From assembly GCA_028534125.1 (NCBI GenBank), contig JAPYYK010000086.1, positions 4,464,001 to 4,528,000 on the forward strand: 64,000 nt of DNA. Reading direction: 5' to 3'. Positions 1 to 11,752 of the stretch are shown in pieces (position 1 is the first letter of the stretch; the number at the start of each line of letters is the position of its first letter). The translations under genes and the position numbers were made by a program. Under the pieces are notes generated by a model. That model ran no database searches, was not told the DNA's origin, and saw nothing but the letters and a program-made list of their open reading frames with translations. Source of the stretch: Lama glama. Lineage: Eukaryota.

Positions 1-129
1 GCCCTGAGACAGATATCTTTGATTATCTACAAAGTCAGTGTGATGATAGCTCAGTCAAAGAGCTGGCAAGAGGCAGATAGCGTCAGAGTGATAAGCAGAG
101 GCTGGCAGGGTGTGGCGAGAAGAGAGGTT

Positions 130-579
130 CAGGCACACCTCGGAGACACCGTGGGTTTGGTTCCAGATGACTGCAATGAAGCAAACAGAGCAATAAGGCA
201 AGGCACGTGAATGTTTTGGTCTCCTAGGGCATATAAAGGTTACATTTACACTATACTGTAATCCACTAAGTGTGCAATAGCATTATGTCCACAAAAACCA
301 TGTACATACCTCAAACTATAAAAAGACTTTATTGTGAAAAAATGCTAACCCTCACCTAGCCTTCAGCAAGTCATAACAGTAACAGCAAAGATCACTGACC
401 ATCATCACAAAGCTTGAAATATCGTGAGAATTTCCAAAATGGGACATAGAGACACGAAGTGGGCAAATGCTGATGGAAAAATGACACCAGCCGCCTTGCT
501 CGATGTAAGGTTGCCACAGACCTTCTGTTTGCAAGAAAGCCGCAGTGTCTACTAAATTCGATAAACTAAGCTATGCCTG
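130..579. mobile_element. Tigger1-derived non-autonomous DNA transposon
   Basis: Ends CAGGCACACCTCGGAGA... and ...TATGCCTG followed by TA. Internal sequence matches recalled Tigger1 termini. Confidence 0.85.
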
Positions 580-2401
580 TATTTGAAGGGAAAAGGACGC
601 GCTTCAGGGGCTGGATAGCTGTGTCTTCCTGAGCAAGATAACTTCGTATCGCCGAGCCGCCATTGGTTTTCTCTTCTTTAAAATGGTCTAATACATAACC
701 TCTCATGAAAAATCCTTAGGGAAAGTTGTTTTTTAGAATTGAGGATTTCTCACATTAAGAAAAAATACTACGGGACATAGTTTTATTATAGATTACCACC
801 CACCCCTCAGTCTGACGCGGTACCTAACCAGCCAATCAATACATGATTATTTCCGCAATGAAACATAAGACAAAAAAGGACAAAGTCTGTAGCCTTAGTT
901 TGATTTTGCCACCAAATGAGTTTGCTACAAAACTGCCAAAAGTAGACAACTACATTAGTACGGAAAAAAAGAAAGGAAAAAAAAACCCTATTTTCAGAGC
1001 TGTTTGGATTTCAAAGTTACAGAGACAGGATTGTGGGCTGGTGCCCGCAGGCAGGGGTGGTCCGTGCAGCCTGGCAGTGATGAAGAGTCAGGACACACAG
1101 GCTCGCTTTCCCTTCCTGTTACCCTCCCCCACCACCTCCCTCCGAGTCACCGAGTCACCACACCCAAGCAGGGCAGAGTGCATATGAAGCACTCCTGCCT
1201 AGGGTTTTCCCTATTTTATTGGTGCCTGAATTACGAACTTCAGTTCCTTCCTTATCCCCCGGCTCCAAGGGCTTGAACAAATGTGAAGGTTTGCAGATCA
1301 CAGAGCCTGTCAGGTCTGTAACATAATGGGACCAACTGGGACCACCACCGACAACTAAATCCCCCAAAGAGAACAACCCTTTCCAGAATCTGTGGGTCAG
1401 AACCTGTTCTAACAAAGTGAGCCGAGAAAGCTCCTTTCTATAGTAACTTGTTTAATTAAGATAACAGATGTTACTATTATGCCAGTCCTAGTCAGCCACT
1501 ATTTAATTGGACACTCATTCACAAGGCTTGTGCCTGGTAAAAACCCTTTCAAACAACCATTTCCCACGTAGGAGGATTTTTTTTTTCCTTCCTACAATTA
1601 AACTGAATAAACAATGCACCCAGTGCCCATTCATTTAAAGAGACAGCTTTAATGGTGCAAGAGTTTAATATGAACAATAATGTTAGAATAGAATAATTTC
1701 CTAGTTTAAAAGGCAAGTTGAATCCTCTGTTTTATCCATCAGGCACTAACTTAGGCTGGCAATCAGCTGTTCAGAAAAACCAGCAGAGAAAACCCTCACT
1801 TGGGGTGTTGTTAGATGTCTGGTCTTTATGACGGGGAGAGATCTGACTGTAGCTTTTACATTCACATTTTAATATAATCTAGAAGGAGGGATAATTGACA
1901 ACCTGTCATGCATGTCAGTTTGACAGAGAAAACAGAGACAAAAAGAGAAGGCAAAAAAAAAAAAAACCAACAAAAAAAACCCATTAGTAGAAATCTCTGG
2001 TGAAGACAAAATACAGAGATTCTACCATTTAACCGTTCATGGGAAAAGAAAAACAACACTGTGCTAGGAAACAGGTTCTGATCCAGGTTTCTACAGCCAG
2101 TGTGAGGGACTCCAATCCTCTTCTTCCAAATTATCGCTGGTCACATCAAGGACAGAACTCAATCTAGATTTACAGGTGACACTGTCTACCGGGGTCAGGG
2201 GTGTAACCTACATGAACTGAGTGTATGAGAATCAGTTTTCATGATGCACTCTGCTTATATTTGAAAACAAGAATATGAATTATGAGCCTACGAAAACATA
2301 CACTTTTTCTACATGTATTTTGGAAATGTGTGTCCCTTTTAGCCACGATTTCTTATATTCATTTTTGATAGAGAAATAGATACCAGAAATATGTTACTTT
2401 T

Positions 2402-2627
2402 TGGGGCGGGGAAGTTATCTTTAATTTTGCTTTTATTCTGTCCAACAGAAGTTCTTTTATTTCAATTTACAATTATATATAATCTTTTCTTTTTTTTAAG
2501 TATAGTCAGTTTCTACCATATAGCACAGGCAACTATATTTAATATCCTATAGTAACCTATAACAAAAACAATATGAATACAAAATATATGTATGTGTACG
2601 TATGACTGAAACATTATGGTGTACACT
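2402..2627 (-). mobile_element. Short L1 insertion with a 5' inversion and an extra 3' segment
   Basis: T-run+AAGTATAGTCAGTTT (minus-strand L1 end, about 2486-2512) joined to inverted L1 3' UTR (2515-2627). TSD GAAATATGTT(A/G)CTTTT at 2386-2401 and 2628-2643. Confidence 0.8.
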
Positions 2628-3897
2628 GAAATATGTTGCTTTTACTTTAACTCTACTGTAAGAGAAACAATAACCCAAGAGCAGTGATAAATGGCCAGCT
2701 GACATTATATCTCGCTGTGGGATACAAGGGGCATATGACTAACTGGAGATTTCATGCCCTTGCAAAAGGGATAACTGTTTCTCATCTCTGGCCAGCTTAT
2801 CTCCCTACAGAAATGCAGACTGGCTGTTGTAAATCATCCAGTTTTTAAAAAAATTCATCAGACATCTGATTTACATGATGTAGTCCAAATTTTAATGGTT
2901 AGAATCTAATTAAAAATGTAACCATAATGCTGGATCATTTCATGCATTTGCTGAAGAAGACCTTTCTGGGAGATGGATTCAGTGAATCTTGGCTAGATGA
3001 CTTTTGGGACCTTCTGATGGCATCTTTCTGGGATTCTAAATCCTACTCTTGCTCTAAAGCTTTATCGCCCAATCAAGAATGGGAAGGGTTTTCTTTAGCT
3101 TGGACACACTGTTACATGAGCATGTTCATGCCAACAGTTAGTTGTGAGACCTGTCATGTGCCACTAACCCCCCTTTCCTCAAAAATGTAGCACAAGTGAT
3201 TCCTGTAGGATGCAAGCCAGGCATGGCAGCACATTCTGGAGGGATTTTTCAAATCCAGCCCTGCCTGAGATTCTTACACATCCTATGCTCCTGGGCTCCC
3301 TCCCTCCACTGTTTTGCCCTCCCTTCCTTCTCCTATAATCTGTGTGGGATGAACCATTTCAAGCAATAGGAACCTGTTGCAGCCCTCAGGTAAGCAGAGA
3401 GTGGAAAGAGATTCAAAACCACTGTCCGAATGGTCTCTCAAGCTTCATCTAACTCTCAAATTCTCATCATCAGAGATGACATTAGTTCCACGAAAGGCTA
3501 TATACATCCCTCAAAGAAGACAGGGAAATTTCTGCACCCTACACATAATGTACTTATTACAACTTGCATATCTAAGTTGTAGAGAATAGTTTCAGCATTC
3601 AAATTTTCTACCTCACTTTTGAAAACTCCCAAATGAATTCAAACGAATCTGTGGAGTCGCCTTTTTATAATAAGTTCTTTTTGTGTGTGTGTGTAATTTT
3701 CTTTTTCAGGCTTGTCACATATCCACCTTCTGGGAAAGGGGCATGTGCCAAGTGAAGCCAACTAAAGGGGTCTTTTTATCATGCAACTTAAAGCACAGAA
3801 AAAGATATTCACTATTTGCATTAAAAAAATCATAGGTACTAGGCCAAAAGGTGCTCTTATTGGTTTAGCGTAACAGTTTGATCGTCTTAAGGTTTGC

Positions 3898-4001
3898 TTT
3901 CCCTCCCTCCCTTCCTTCCTTCCACCCTTCCTTCCTTCCCAACCAGCTCCCTCCCGCCCTCTTTTCTTCCCTTCTTTCTTCTTTCCTTTTTCCCTCCTTC
4001 T
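3898..4001 (+). repeat. Pyrimidine-rich low-complexity tract (CCTT/CCCT)
   Basis: Direct reading. Confidence 0.85.
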
Positions 4002-4467
4002 AAACAGATCAGAAATCTTTTACATCTTCAACATGTAAGCAAAAAAACAAATGAAATGAAATGACTGACAATCTCAGACAAAAGTCAAGGAAGAGAGGGA
4101 GGGAGGGGTTGGGAGGTGGAGGCACACAGAGGGCTTTCAGAGACACGGGGGTTCTGTGGGAGAGAAGGAAGAAAGAGAATTCAGAGGAGAGAGAATCCCC
4201 AAGGGAACAGAAAAGATGCTACTGTGGAGGTGAATTCCCGCTCAAAGGGCTGGGAAACTACCAACAGCAGACGACTCACACGTTCTTTCCCACCCAGGAA
4301 AGACTGTCAGTTTCAACACCTGCTTTGACCGTGACGTGAACTGCAGAGCAGACTCTTCTAGGCATCTTAAGTCAGGCTGACTGGCTAACATAGCACATTT
4401 TTTGGCTAATGAATAGTTCCAAACATTCCTCCCATGATAGGTGAGATATGGTCAGTTCTTAGAATTA

Positions 4468-4707
4468 CAGTTGATCCTTAAACGATGTGAGGGTTGGGGG
4501 GCTGACTCTCTGCAGTCAAAAATCTGCACGTAACTTATAGTCAGTTCGCCGTGTCTGCAGTTCCCAATCTCCACAGTGTATCTGGGTTCTGTGTCCACAG
4601 ATTCAACCCATTATGGATTGTGTCCTATTGCACTATTTACTATGGAGAAAAAAATCCAGTTACAAGTGGACCTGGGTAGTTGAAACCTGTGTTTGAAGGG
4701 TCAACTG
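4468..4707. mobile_element. Tigger2/MER8-like MITE
   Basis: TIRs CAGTTGATCCTT and AAGGGTCAACTG with TA on both sides. Confidence 0.85.
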
Positions 4708-6299
4708 TATACAGAAGAGCGCACCACCCAGATGCCCTCCCCAGGGCCGGCGCACTCTTCCCCGCTCCGCCTAAGAGCATTCTGTGTATCAGAGTAACAC
4801 ATATTTACATGTGAATATGTCCTATCCTCACGGAAAAACATGTCAGGAAAAACTTGAGACTATTTGTTGCTTTTACCAAACTTCCTCCATCTGTGACACT
4901 GTGGCCGGGAACAGCCCTAGATTAATGCCAGGACCTCGGGCCCCCTGCATCTATCTCCACACCGTCCTCAAAGGAACGTTCTGCCATTTTTCTTAGTGAT
5001 TCTCTCGGTCTATTTTACAACAAATCTGGTCTAAACTGGTGACACAGAAAGGTCACATCTTGTATTCTTGCTGGTAATTACAATCTTGAAATTTCTTCTA
5101 ACCAATCCTTTTTAAAATTCTGATTGTTAGAATTATGACACCATTTCTGAAGTAAATGACTGATACATCATTTAGAGGAAAGCTTTCCAAAGTTTCCCCT
5201 CCCCCCTCGAAACCCCAGACCTTTGAGGTATTCTGCAGAATAAGATTCATTTCCAAGTAAATTTGGGAAATAAAATTCCTAGAGATTCACATTGCAAATA
5301 GCATAGTAAAGGCTCTGAAAAGGTCTGAAATATAGACTTTATAACTTACTTGATCACAGAATATTGCTTTATACAAAATGTGTCAAGCCCCACCTCCTCC
5401 CAAGAACTAACATTGAAAAATACTGCTGGAGATACTTAAAACTTTACCCTTGGGTCAAGCATCTCCATTGAAAAAGAATAATAAATTAAACATTTATTCA
5501 TTCATTCATTCATTCATTCTTGGCTCCACTTCACAGAAATGAATTTACTAACATGCCTTTTATCACTACATAGCTTGCCAAATGTATAAAAATTATAAGG
5601 TGCATTTATGAAATCTTGTATCTACTGTAGTAATTGTGTCTCACGGGGAAGATTTTTCTAAGATTTACTATCAGGCGAAGGAACTCTGCAACAATCTTAT
5701 AAATACTTAACTAATTATGCGTCTCTCTTTGCTGAAGTAGTAAAACAATCACATCCAGATCTGTGAATTATGCAGAATGAATTTCCATTTCTGACATTTG
5801 TTTTTCTACTGATAATTTCCCATTATTCCCACTCCCTAAATTACTAACTTTCATCTTTTCTATTGCTTGTATTTTTTAAAGCAGTCTCAAATCCTTTGTG
5901 AAACACGGTGAGTTTACTGATATTTTTCTTCATTTATTCAGCCACTATTGATTGAACTCTTCTGTGGTATTCCTCTGCTGTGCTGGACGAACCGTGGTGA
6001 ATAAAGCCACGCCCTGTCCTCACCAAGCTTACACACTGGTCTGGGAAGACAGATTATAGTCAGATAAAACAGACATAAATATGTCATCTCAATTTCAGAA
6101 AAATGCAAGAAGAAATTGAAGTGGAAAGCAGGCACTGGTGATCTAAGGGAACAAGACACCCAAAATGTCTTAGACATTTTGTCAATTCAACTGGTAAGAG
6201 AGAAGACATTGAAAAAAAAAACAACAAAGATAAACAATAAGGAACCAAACTGGGCAATGCCTTTAAGGTCCTGGTCAGCAGCTTAGTTTCTGTCTTAAG

Positions 6300-7300
6300 G
6301 GTTAGTGATAAGATCTGAGCTGTATTTTGAAAAGACTATTGTGGCCGTGGTACAGAAAACAGGTTGGAAGGGGGTTGGGATGCTATCCAGGCAATGGTTG
6401 AGGGGTGTTATGGACTGAATGTCTGTGTCTTCTCAAAATTCATATGCTGTAATCCTAACCCTCAATGTGACAGCTTTAGCAGGTGGGGCTTTGGAAGATG
6501 ATTAGGTCGTAAAGTGAAGCCCTCATGAATGGGACTAGCACCCAGAGGACCCCTTCCCTCTCTCTGCCATGTCCGGTTAGAGTGAGAAGACGGCTGTCTA
6601 TGACCCAGGAAGTGGGTCCTCACCAGGCACCGAAACTGCAGACACCTTGATCTTGGACTTCCCGGCCTCCAGAACTGTGAGACATGAGGGCTTGCTGCTT
6701 AAGCCACCCAGCCGACCATATCTTTGTTAGAGCAGTTCGGATGGACTAAGACAGAGGCTGTTGGAACAACCCAGCAAGAGATGACGGTGGCTGGGCGGGG
6801 GCCCTGGCAATGCAGACGGAAAGGAGGTAGATTCTATACATTCTTTGGAAGCAGAATTTATAAAATTTACTAAAGCACTGGATATGTGGGATGCTGAAGA
6901 GAGAAATCAAAGATGATTTCTAGGTTTCGGGCTGGAGCAACCGGATGGAGATGGTGTAAGTAGAAGAGCAGGTTTTAGGGTGGAGGTAGGTGGCTGGAAT
7001 GAGTTCTGTTTGGGGCATGGTGAGCCCAAATTGCTCAGTCCTGGACTGAACGTGTGCCTTTGGGAGTTGTCAGTCTGGATGGTGTGTAAAGCCATGGGAG
7101 GAGATGGGATCGCCTAGGGTCAGGGACGAAGCACAGGAGCGCAAAGGAGGCTAAGTGGATGAGGAAGGTGTGGATGTGCTGAGCAGGATGATCCGAAAGA
7201 AAGGGAACGAGGAGGAAGAGTCTGAGGATGAAGGAAAGAGCAGGGGTGACTGAAAGAGTGAGAGTCCTTGAGAAAAGGAGAAAGGGTCATGGTAATTTTA
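6300..7300 (-). mobile_element. L2 LINE fragment, interrupted by the MLT1A
   Basis: Purine-rich antisense L2 motifs (AAAGATGATTTCTAGGTTTC, GAGTTCTGTTTGGGGCATG). Boundaries approximate. Confidence 0.65.
6406..6753 (+). mobile_element. MLT1A-like MaLR solo LTR inserted in an L2
   Basis: TGTTATGGACTGAATGT...CCTCCAGAACTGTGAGA...GACTAAGACA, with TG...CA ends. Confidence 0.88.
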
Positions 7301-8409
7301 AAGTGCACTGTTTTGTTCTGAGTCAGAACATATTGAATTCACCTGAAAACTGTTTTTCTTGGCGTTAAGAGCAGTCAGCTTCATTTTTTTCTATAACAAC
7401 TTTATGCATCCTTTGGAACAAACCACCTCTTTTGGAATAAAACCCTTTAGAGCAAATCAATATATGGGAAAGTCAACGTGTGCGGAAGCAACTGAAAATG
7501 TAAAAAGCACAATCCAAATCTTATCTGATTTCTATCACAAGATGCGTAGGAGACAGTCCAGATGTCTCTTTCTCTCAAGCACGAATCACCCCCCACCCCC
7601 CACCCCCATTGCCATTTTATTGAGATCATGGTCAAGGCCATATTCTATGAAATTCCTCACCTCCCTCTTTCACATTTATTTCTCTGTGCCCTCACCCACC
7701 CTCTCTTCCTTCCCACAGTCAGAGAAGACAGGTTCATCCTTCTTTCCCATAATAATTGATTTCAGGTCCAATACCCTCCTGTCTCCTTGAGAGCATCTCC
7801 CCTCCCTTATATCTTTAACTCCTTCTTTACCATGATGTGACTCCCCTCAGGCTATCAAGATGCCCCAGTGTCCTCCATCTTATTAAGATCCTTGCCTCAG
7901 GGATCCCAGCCTTCTCCAGTGCATAGCCAATCTTCCTCTTTTCATCACTTGACGTCTGCAAAAAGCAGTTACTGCATCCAGCTGCTTACCCAGCCAGGAG
8001 AGCTTTTGCTTTTGTTCAAAGTGTTTATTTCAAGGTTAGTTTGCCTTCATTATCACTGCTCCATATATAGCCTGAGGTCCTCATTCTCTATGACCTCTCA
8101 GTGACACCTGACAAGGTCAAATATAACCATTTAAGATACTTTTTTACTTGGAATTTTACAACATCCCAGTTTCCTGGTTCCCCTCTTAGTTTTCTGATGA
8201 AATCTTGGGGCTTCTCTGTCCCTCTCCTGCACTTGACACAATTCAAAAGCATCTAATCAGAATGCTTTTCTTTCTCCATTTTCTCTCAATGAAGTGTATT
8301 CACCCTCATCACTTCAAAGAAGATGAGCTGGAAAGCTAGGTGTCTCGTCTTAGTCTCTCCCACGAACTCCAAACTGGCACCTCCACTCTGAGCTGTGCTA
8401 TGTCCCAAA

Positions 8410-8610
8410 AGTAATGATGTTCTGGTAAGTGTTTAACAACTGGCTGTCTATGGAAAAAAATGCCCTGACATGTGCCAATTTCCATGGTGCAAATATTCCC
8501 ACTATGGTCAATGTCAAGCTGCCACTGTGACCTCACTGAACACAGTCCTGGAAAGAGACGTGCACCACTGGCTCTGCCAAGACCATCCGAGCGAGGTTCA
8601 GGAACCTCCT
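8410..8610. mobile_element. MER63-like hAT element
   Basis: GGTAAGTGTTTAACAACTGG...TGCCAATTTCCATGGTGCAAATATTCCCAC. A related copy lies at about 25910-26115. Confidence 0.65.
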
Positions 8611-9086
8611 CATGATAAGCCTTTCAAATTCAGCACTCTGACGCTGAACTCAGCATCTACCCAAACTGGTTAGTCTACTTCCAGAGACTACAAGTAAGCA
8701 TTAAGAAACCCTTTTTTTCTTATTGGTCACAGGATTCAGTGCTACTTTTGTTATATATTTTGCCGCATTTAAGGAAATAATCTTGCTTGGAGGGAGGAAT
8801 GCATTCCATAAAATGGGTCATTTGATACAGAGTGGCTTTCAGCATTGACAACTTACTACACTTGATCATTTTTAGAGTCATGGAGGGTTAACTAATTTAT
8901 TCTAATATTATCGATGATTTGTTTCATTAAAAAGCTTAAAACTCCTGTTCTATGACATAATTATGTTTCATGAAGGAAGGACAGTTGAATTACAAAATAT
9001 TTCTTATTCTGGGGAGAGGAGGAGGAATTGTATGCATTAAAACACACACACACACACACAGCAACTTTGTTTAATAGAGTCTTTTA

Positions 9087-9298
9087 NNNNNNNNNNNNNN
9101 NNNNNNNNNNNNNNNNNNNNNNNNNNNNNNNNNNNNNNNNNNNNNNNNNNNNNNNNNNNNNNNNNNNNNNNNNNNNNNNNNNNNNNNNNNNNNNNNNNNN
9201 NNNNNNNNNNNNNNNNNNNNNNNNNNNNNNNNNNNNNNNNNNNNNNNNNNNNNNNNNNNNNNNNNNNNNNNNNNNNNNNNNNNNNNNNNNNNNNNNNN
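9087..9298. other. Assembly gap (212 N)
   Basis: Run of N. Confidence 1.
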
Positions 9299-9974
9299 CA
9301 GAAATATAGGGTCAAACACAGCACAAGATACTCGCCCTTCAGTATTTACATAGCATCTACACCTCTAAGCGGTCTAGCAGATTTGATTGCTAGAGATGAC
9401 AAAGTGAGTAGGAACCCAAATTACCTGCCTTCCCGCCTTCTCTCTGCCGAGAAGGCACAAATGCTGCCTTTCCGGTTTGAGTATCCAGTCACATCACTTC
9501 AGTTCTAATTGCTCTTAATTACATGCCACTTTGGTTTGAATATTTTCATGATCACTTAAATCTATTTGATGACACAGAGCTATTCTCTCGGAACAAAGGC
9601 TCAGCGGAGGTAGTTCAAGGACTTAATTTACCTCTTCTCCGAGGGGCTTAAGATGGTTGTAACCCAGCCCTGAGAGCAGACCATTATGCCTCCTCTCCCC
9701 CAGGAAATTACAAAGCCCTGGACCTGCAGGCTGTCAATTTATTACTGAAAATACGAATTGTGTCACAGTAAAAGCTGCTTCTGGCCAGCCACCCTATTCA
9801 TTGTAAAGGCATCAGCAATAGTCCAGTTTCAAAAGGGAAGCAGTGAAAGCAGAGGTTTATTTTTACTAATAATTGATTGACTTACAACCAGATTCCGTGT
9901 TCTCTTTGCAGGAGAGAGAAGTGGTTAATGCTTTGTCCTTCGAGCAAAGCTGGTGGAGACATGTCTTCTGGAAT

Positions 9975-10190
9975 AAGTGAGACATGGGTTTGAATCCCAG
10001 CTCTAAAACCACCAAGCTCTGTAAACCGAGGTAAGGTAGATACCCTCTTTGGACCTACATTTCCTTAACAAAAACATGGGGTGAAAAATAGGACTGATCT
10101 CATAATGTTTTTCTGAGGACTAAAAGAGAACACATACAAAATGTTTAGCAGAGGGCATAGTAAAGGCTGAAAGAAAACTAGGTATTATTG
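9975..10190 (+). mobile_element. MIR SINE
   Basis: GGGTTTGAATCCCAGCTCT...core...TGAGGACTAAA...TTAGCA. Confidence 0.7.
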
Positions 10191-11403
10191 TTATTAACGC
10201 ACGAGAGGGAAATGATGGCCACCAGACAAGCAGGAAATACACAAAAAAGCCAAAGCAGTGTCCGGAATCCTCAAGGATCCCCAAAGCACAAGGTGCACTG
10301 ACGAATGTGCTGGTGACATAAAGGGAGATCAAAGTCTCACTTCAACTTAATAATGCGATTTCCTGAGCTTCTTCATAGCCAACCTGCCTCTCAGTGCTTC
10401 TGTGACTATTATTTTATATCTGCCAACGTTATTTCATAATGTTAATCATCTCTGGTTGAGAAACCTGAAGCATCTCCCTACTGATGATTGTGCCATCTCT
10501 TCCATTTAACGCGGCTAACACCAAGTCTTCCCCTTGGCTGGCTGCCTCTTCTGCCCTCGTTTCTTGGACGAGACTTGCTCATATCTGTCCCCTAATCTTG
10601 CACATCCACAAGCTCCAACATGGAGTCGTCCCCCTTTCCCATCTGCCTCCCTGCGTGGACCACTTTCCTTCACAACTGCTAACATTCACTTCCTGTTGGA
10701 AGCCAATCCTGGCCGACCCTACCTGACCCCCAGACTCTCTTCTCTGTGGGTTCCCTGAGCACTGCCACCCATTTCTGTTGGGAAGATATTATGTTAATTG
10801 GTACTTTAGCTGTGGTTTCTCAAATTGTTTCATGTGTCTTGAGATTTATACCTTCTCTCTCCTTCAACTGAACTCGGCCATGTATCATTTTTAAAAGAAT
10901 TTGTAAGTCATAAAATTCAAATGAGAACCCTTCTGCAAACCACTCAGTATAAACCACAGATGACCAGCCTGGGGTGATGACTTCCCATCACTCCATTCTT
11001 TTCCTGGTTTTCCAGAAATGTGGGAAGAAGACTAGACATGCACTTTCCCCTGGATCCCCACCTTCTGTGTCTTCACTGTGGAGGCTCCCTCTCCTGATTT
11101 CTCCAGGGAGTTCAAGGCTCTGGGGGCATGAAAAAAAGTTCGCTCCAGCAAAATGTGGGAGCCACCACTCTAGAGATGCAAAGGAACTGCATTTAGGCCT
11201 CCAACCAAATTTACCTCCTCTTTATTTTGCACCAGATGGGTTCAGGAAAACGGACAGTTTAACCAAGAGGTAAGTCACAAAGGAAAGGCAAAAGATGCAG
11301 CAAACCACAATAAAACCAAAATAAGAAAGCCAAGCAAAGAGAAGGTTGCATTCCTGTTAGATATTTTAATACCCCTTGTTTCCAGAAACGTGCCACGAGT
11401 TGG

Positions 11404-11752
11404 AGAGGGAGGCAGCAAATGTTTTTCTGGCAAGGGTCAGACAGTAAATATTGGACGCTTTGCAGGCCAGGTGGTTTCTGTTGGAACTCCTCAACCCTGC
11501 CCCACTGTAGCGCAAAAGCGCCCAGACAAACCACTGAGAAATGAGTGTGGTGCTGTGTACAATTAAACTCCATTTGTGGACTCTGAAATTTCATTTTCAT
11601 TGAACTTTCATGCGTCAAATGCAAAAGGTGATTTTTCTTTTTATTTTTTTCCTACTGTTTGAGAACGTAAAACCATTCTCAAGCTCGCAGGCTGTGCCAG
11701 CACAGATGGTGGGCTGGGTGTGGCCCGAGGGCTGCAGTTTTGTCAAACCCTG
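11404..11752. mobile_element. MER58B-like hAT-Charlie element
   Basis: GCAAATGTTTTTCTGGCAAGGGTCAGACAGTAAATATT...GGCCCGAGGGCTGCAGTTTTGTCAAACCCTG. Confidence 0.8.

Noticed and set aside
9028-9324. ORFs spanning X runs (also 40935-41306)
   Set aside because: Artefacts of the assembly gaps.
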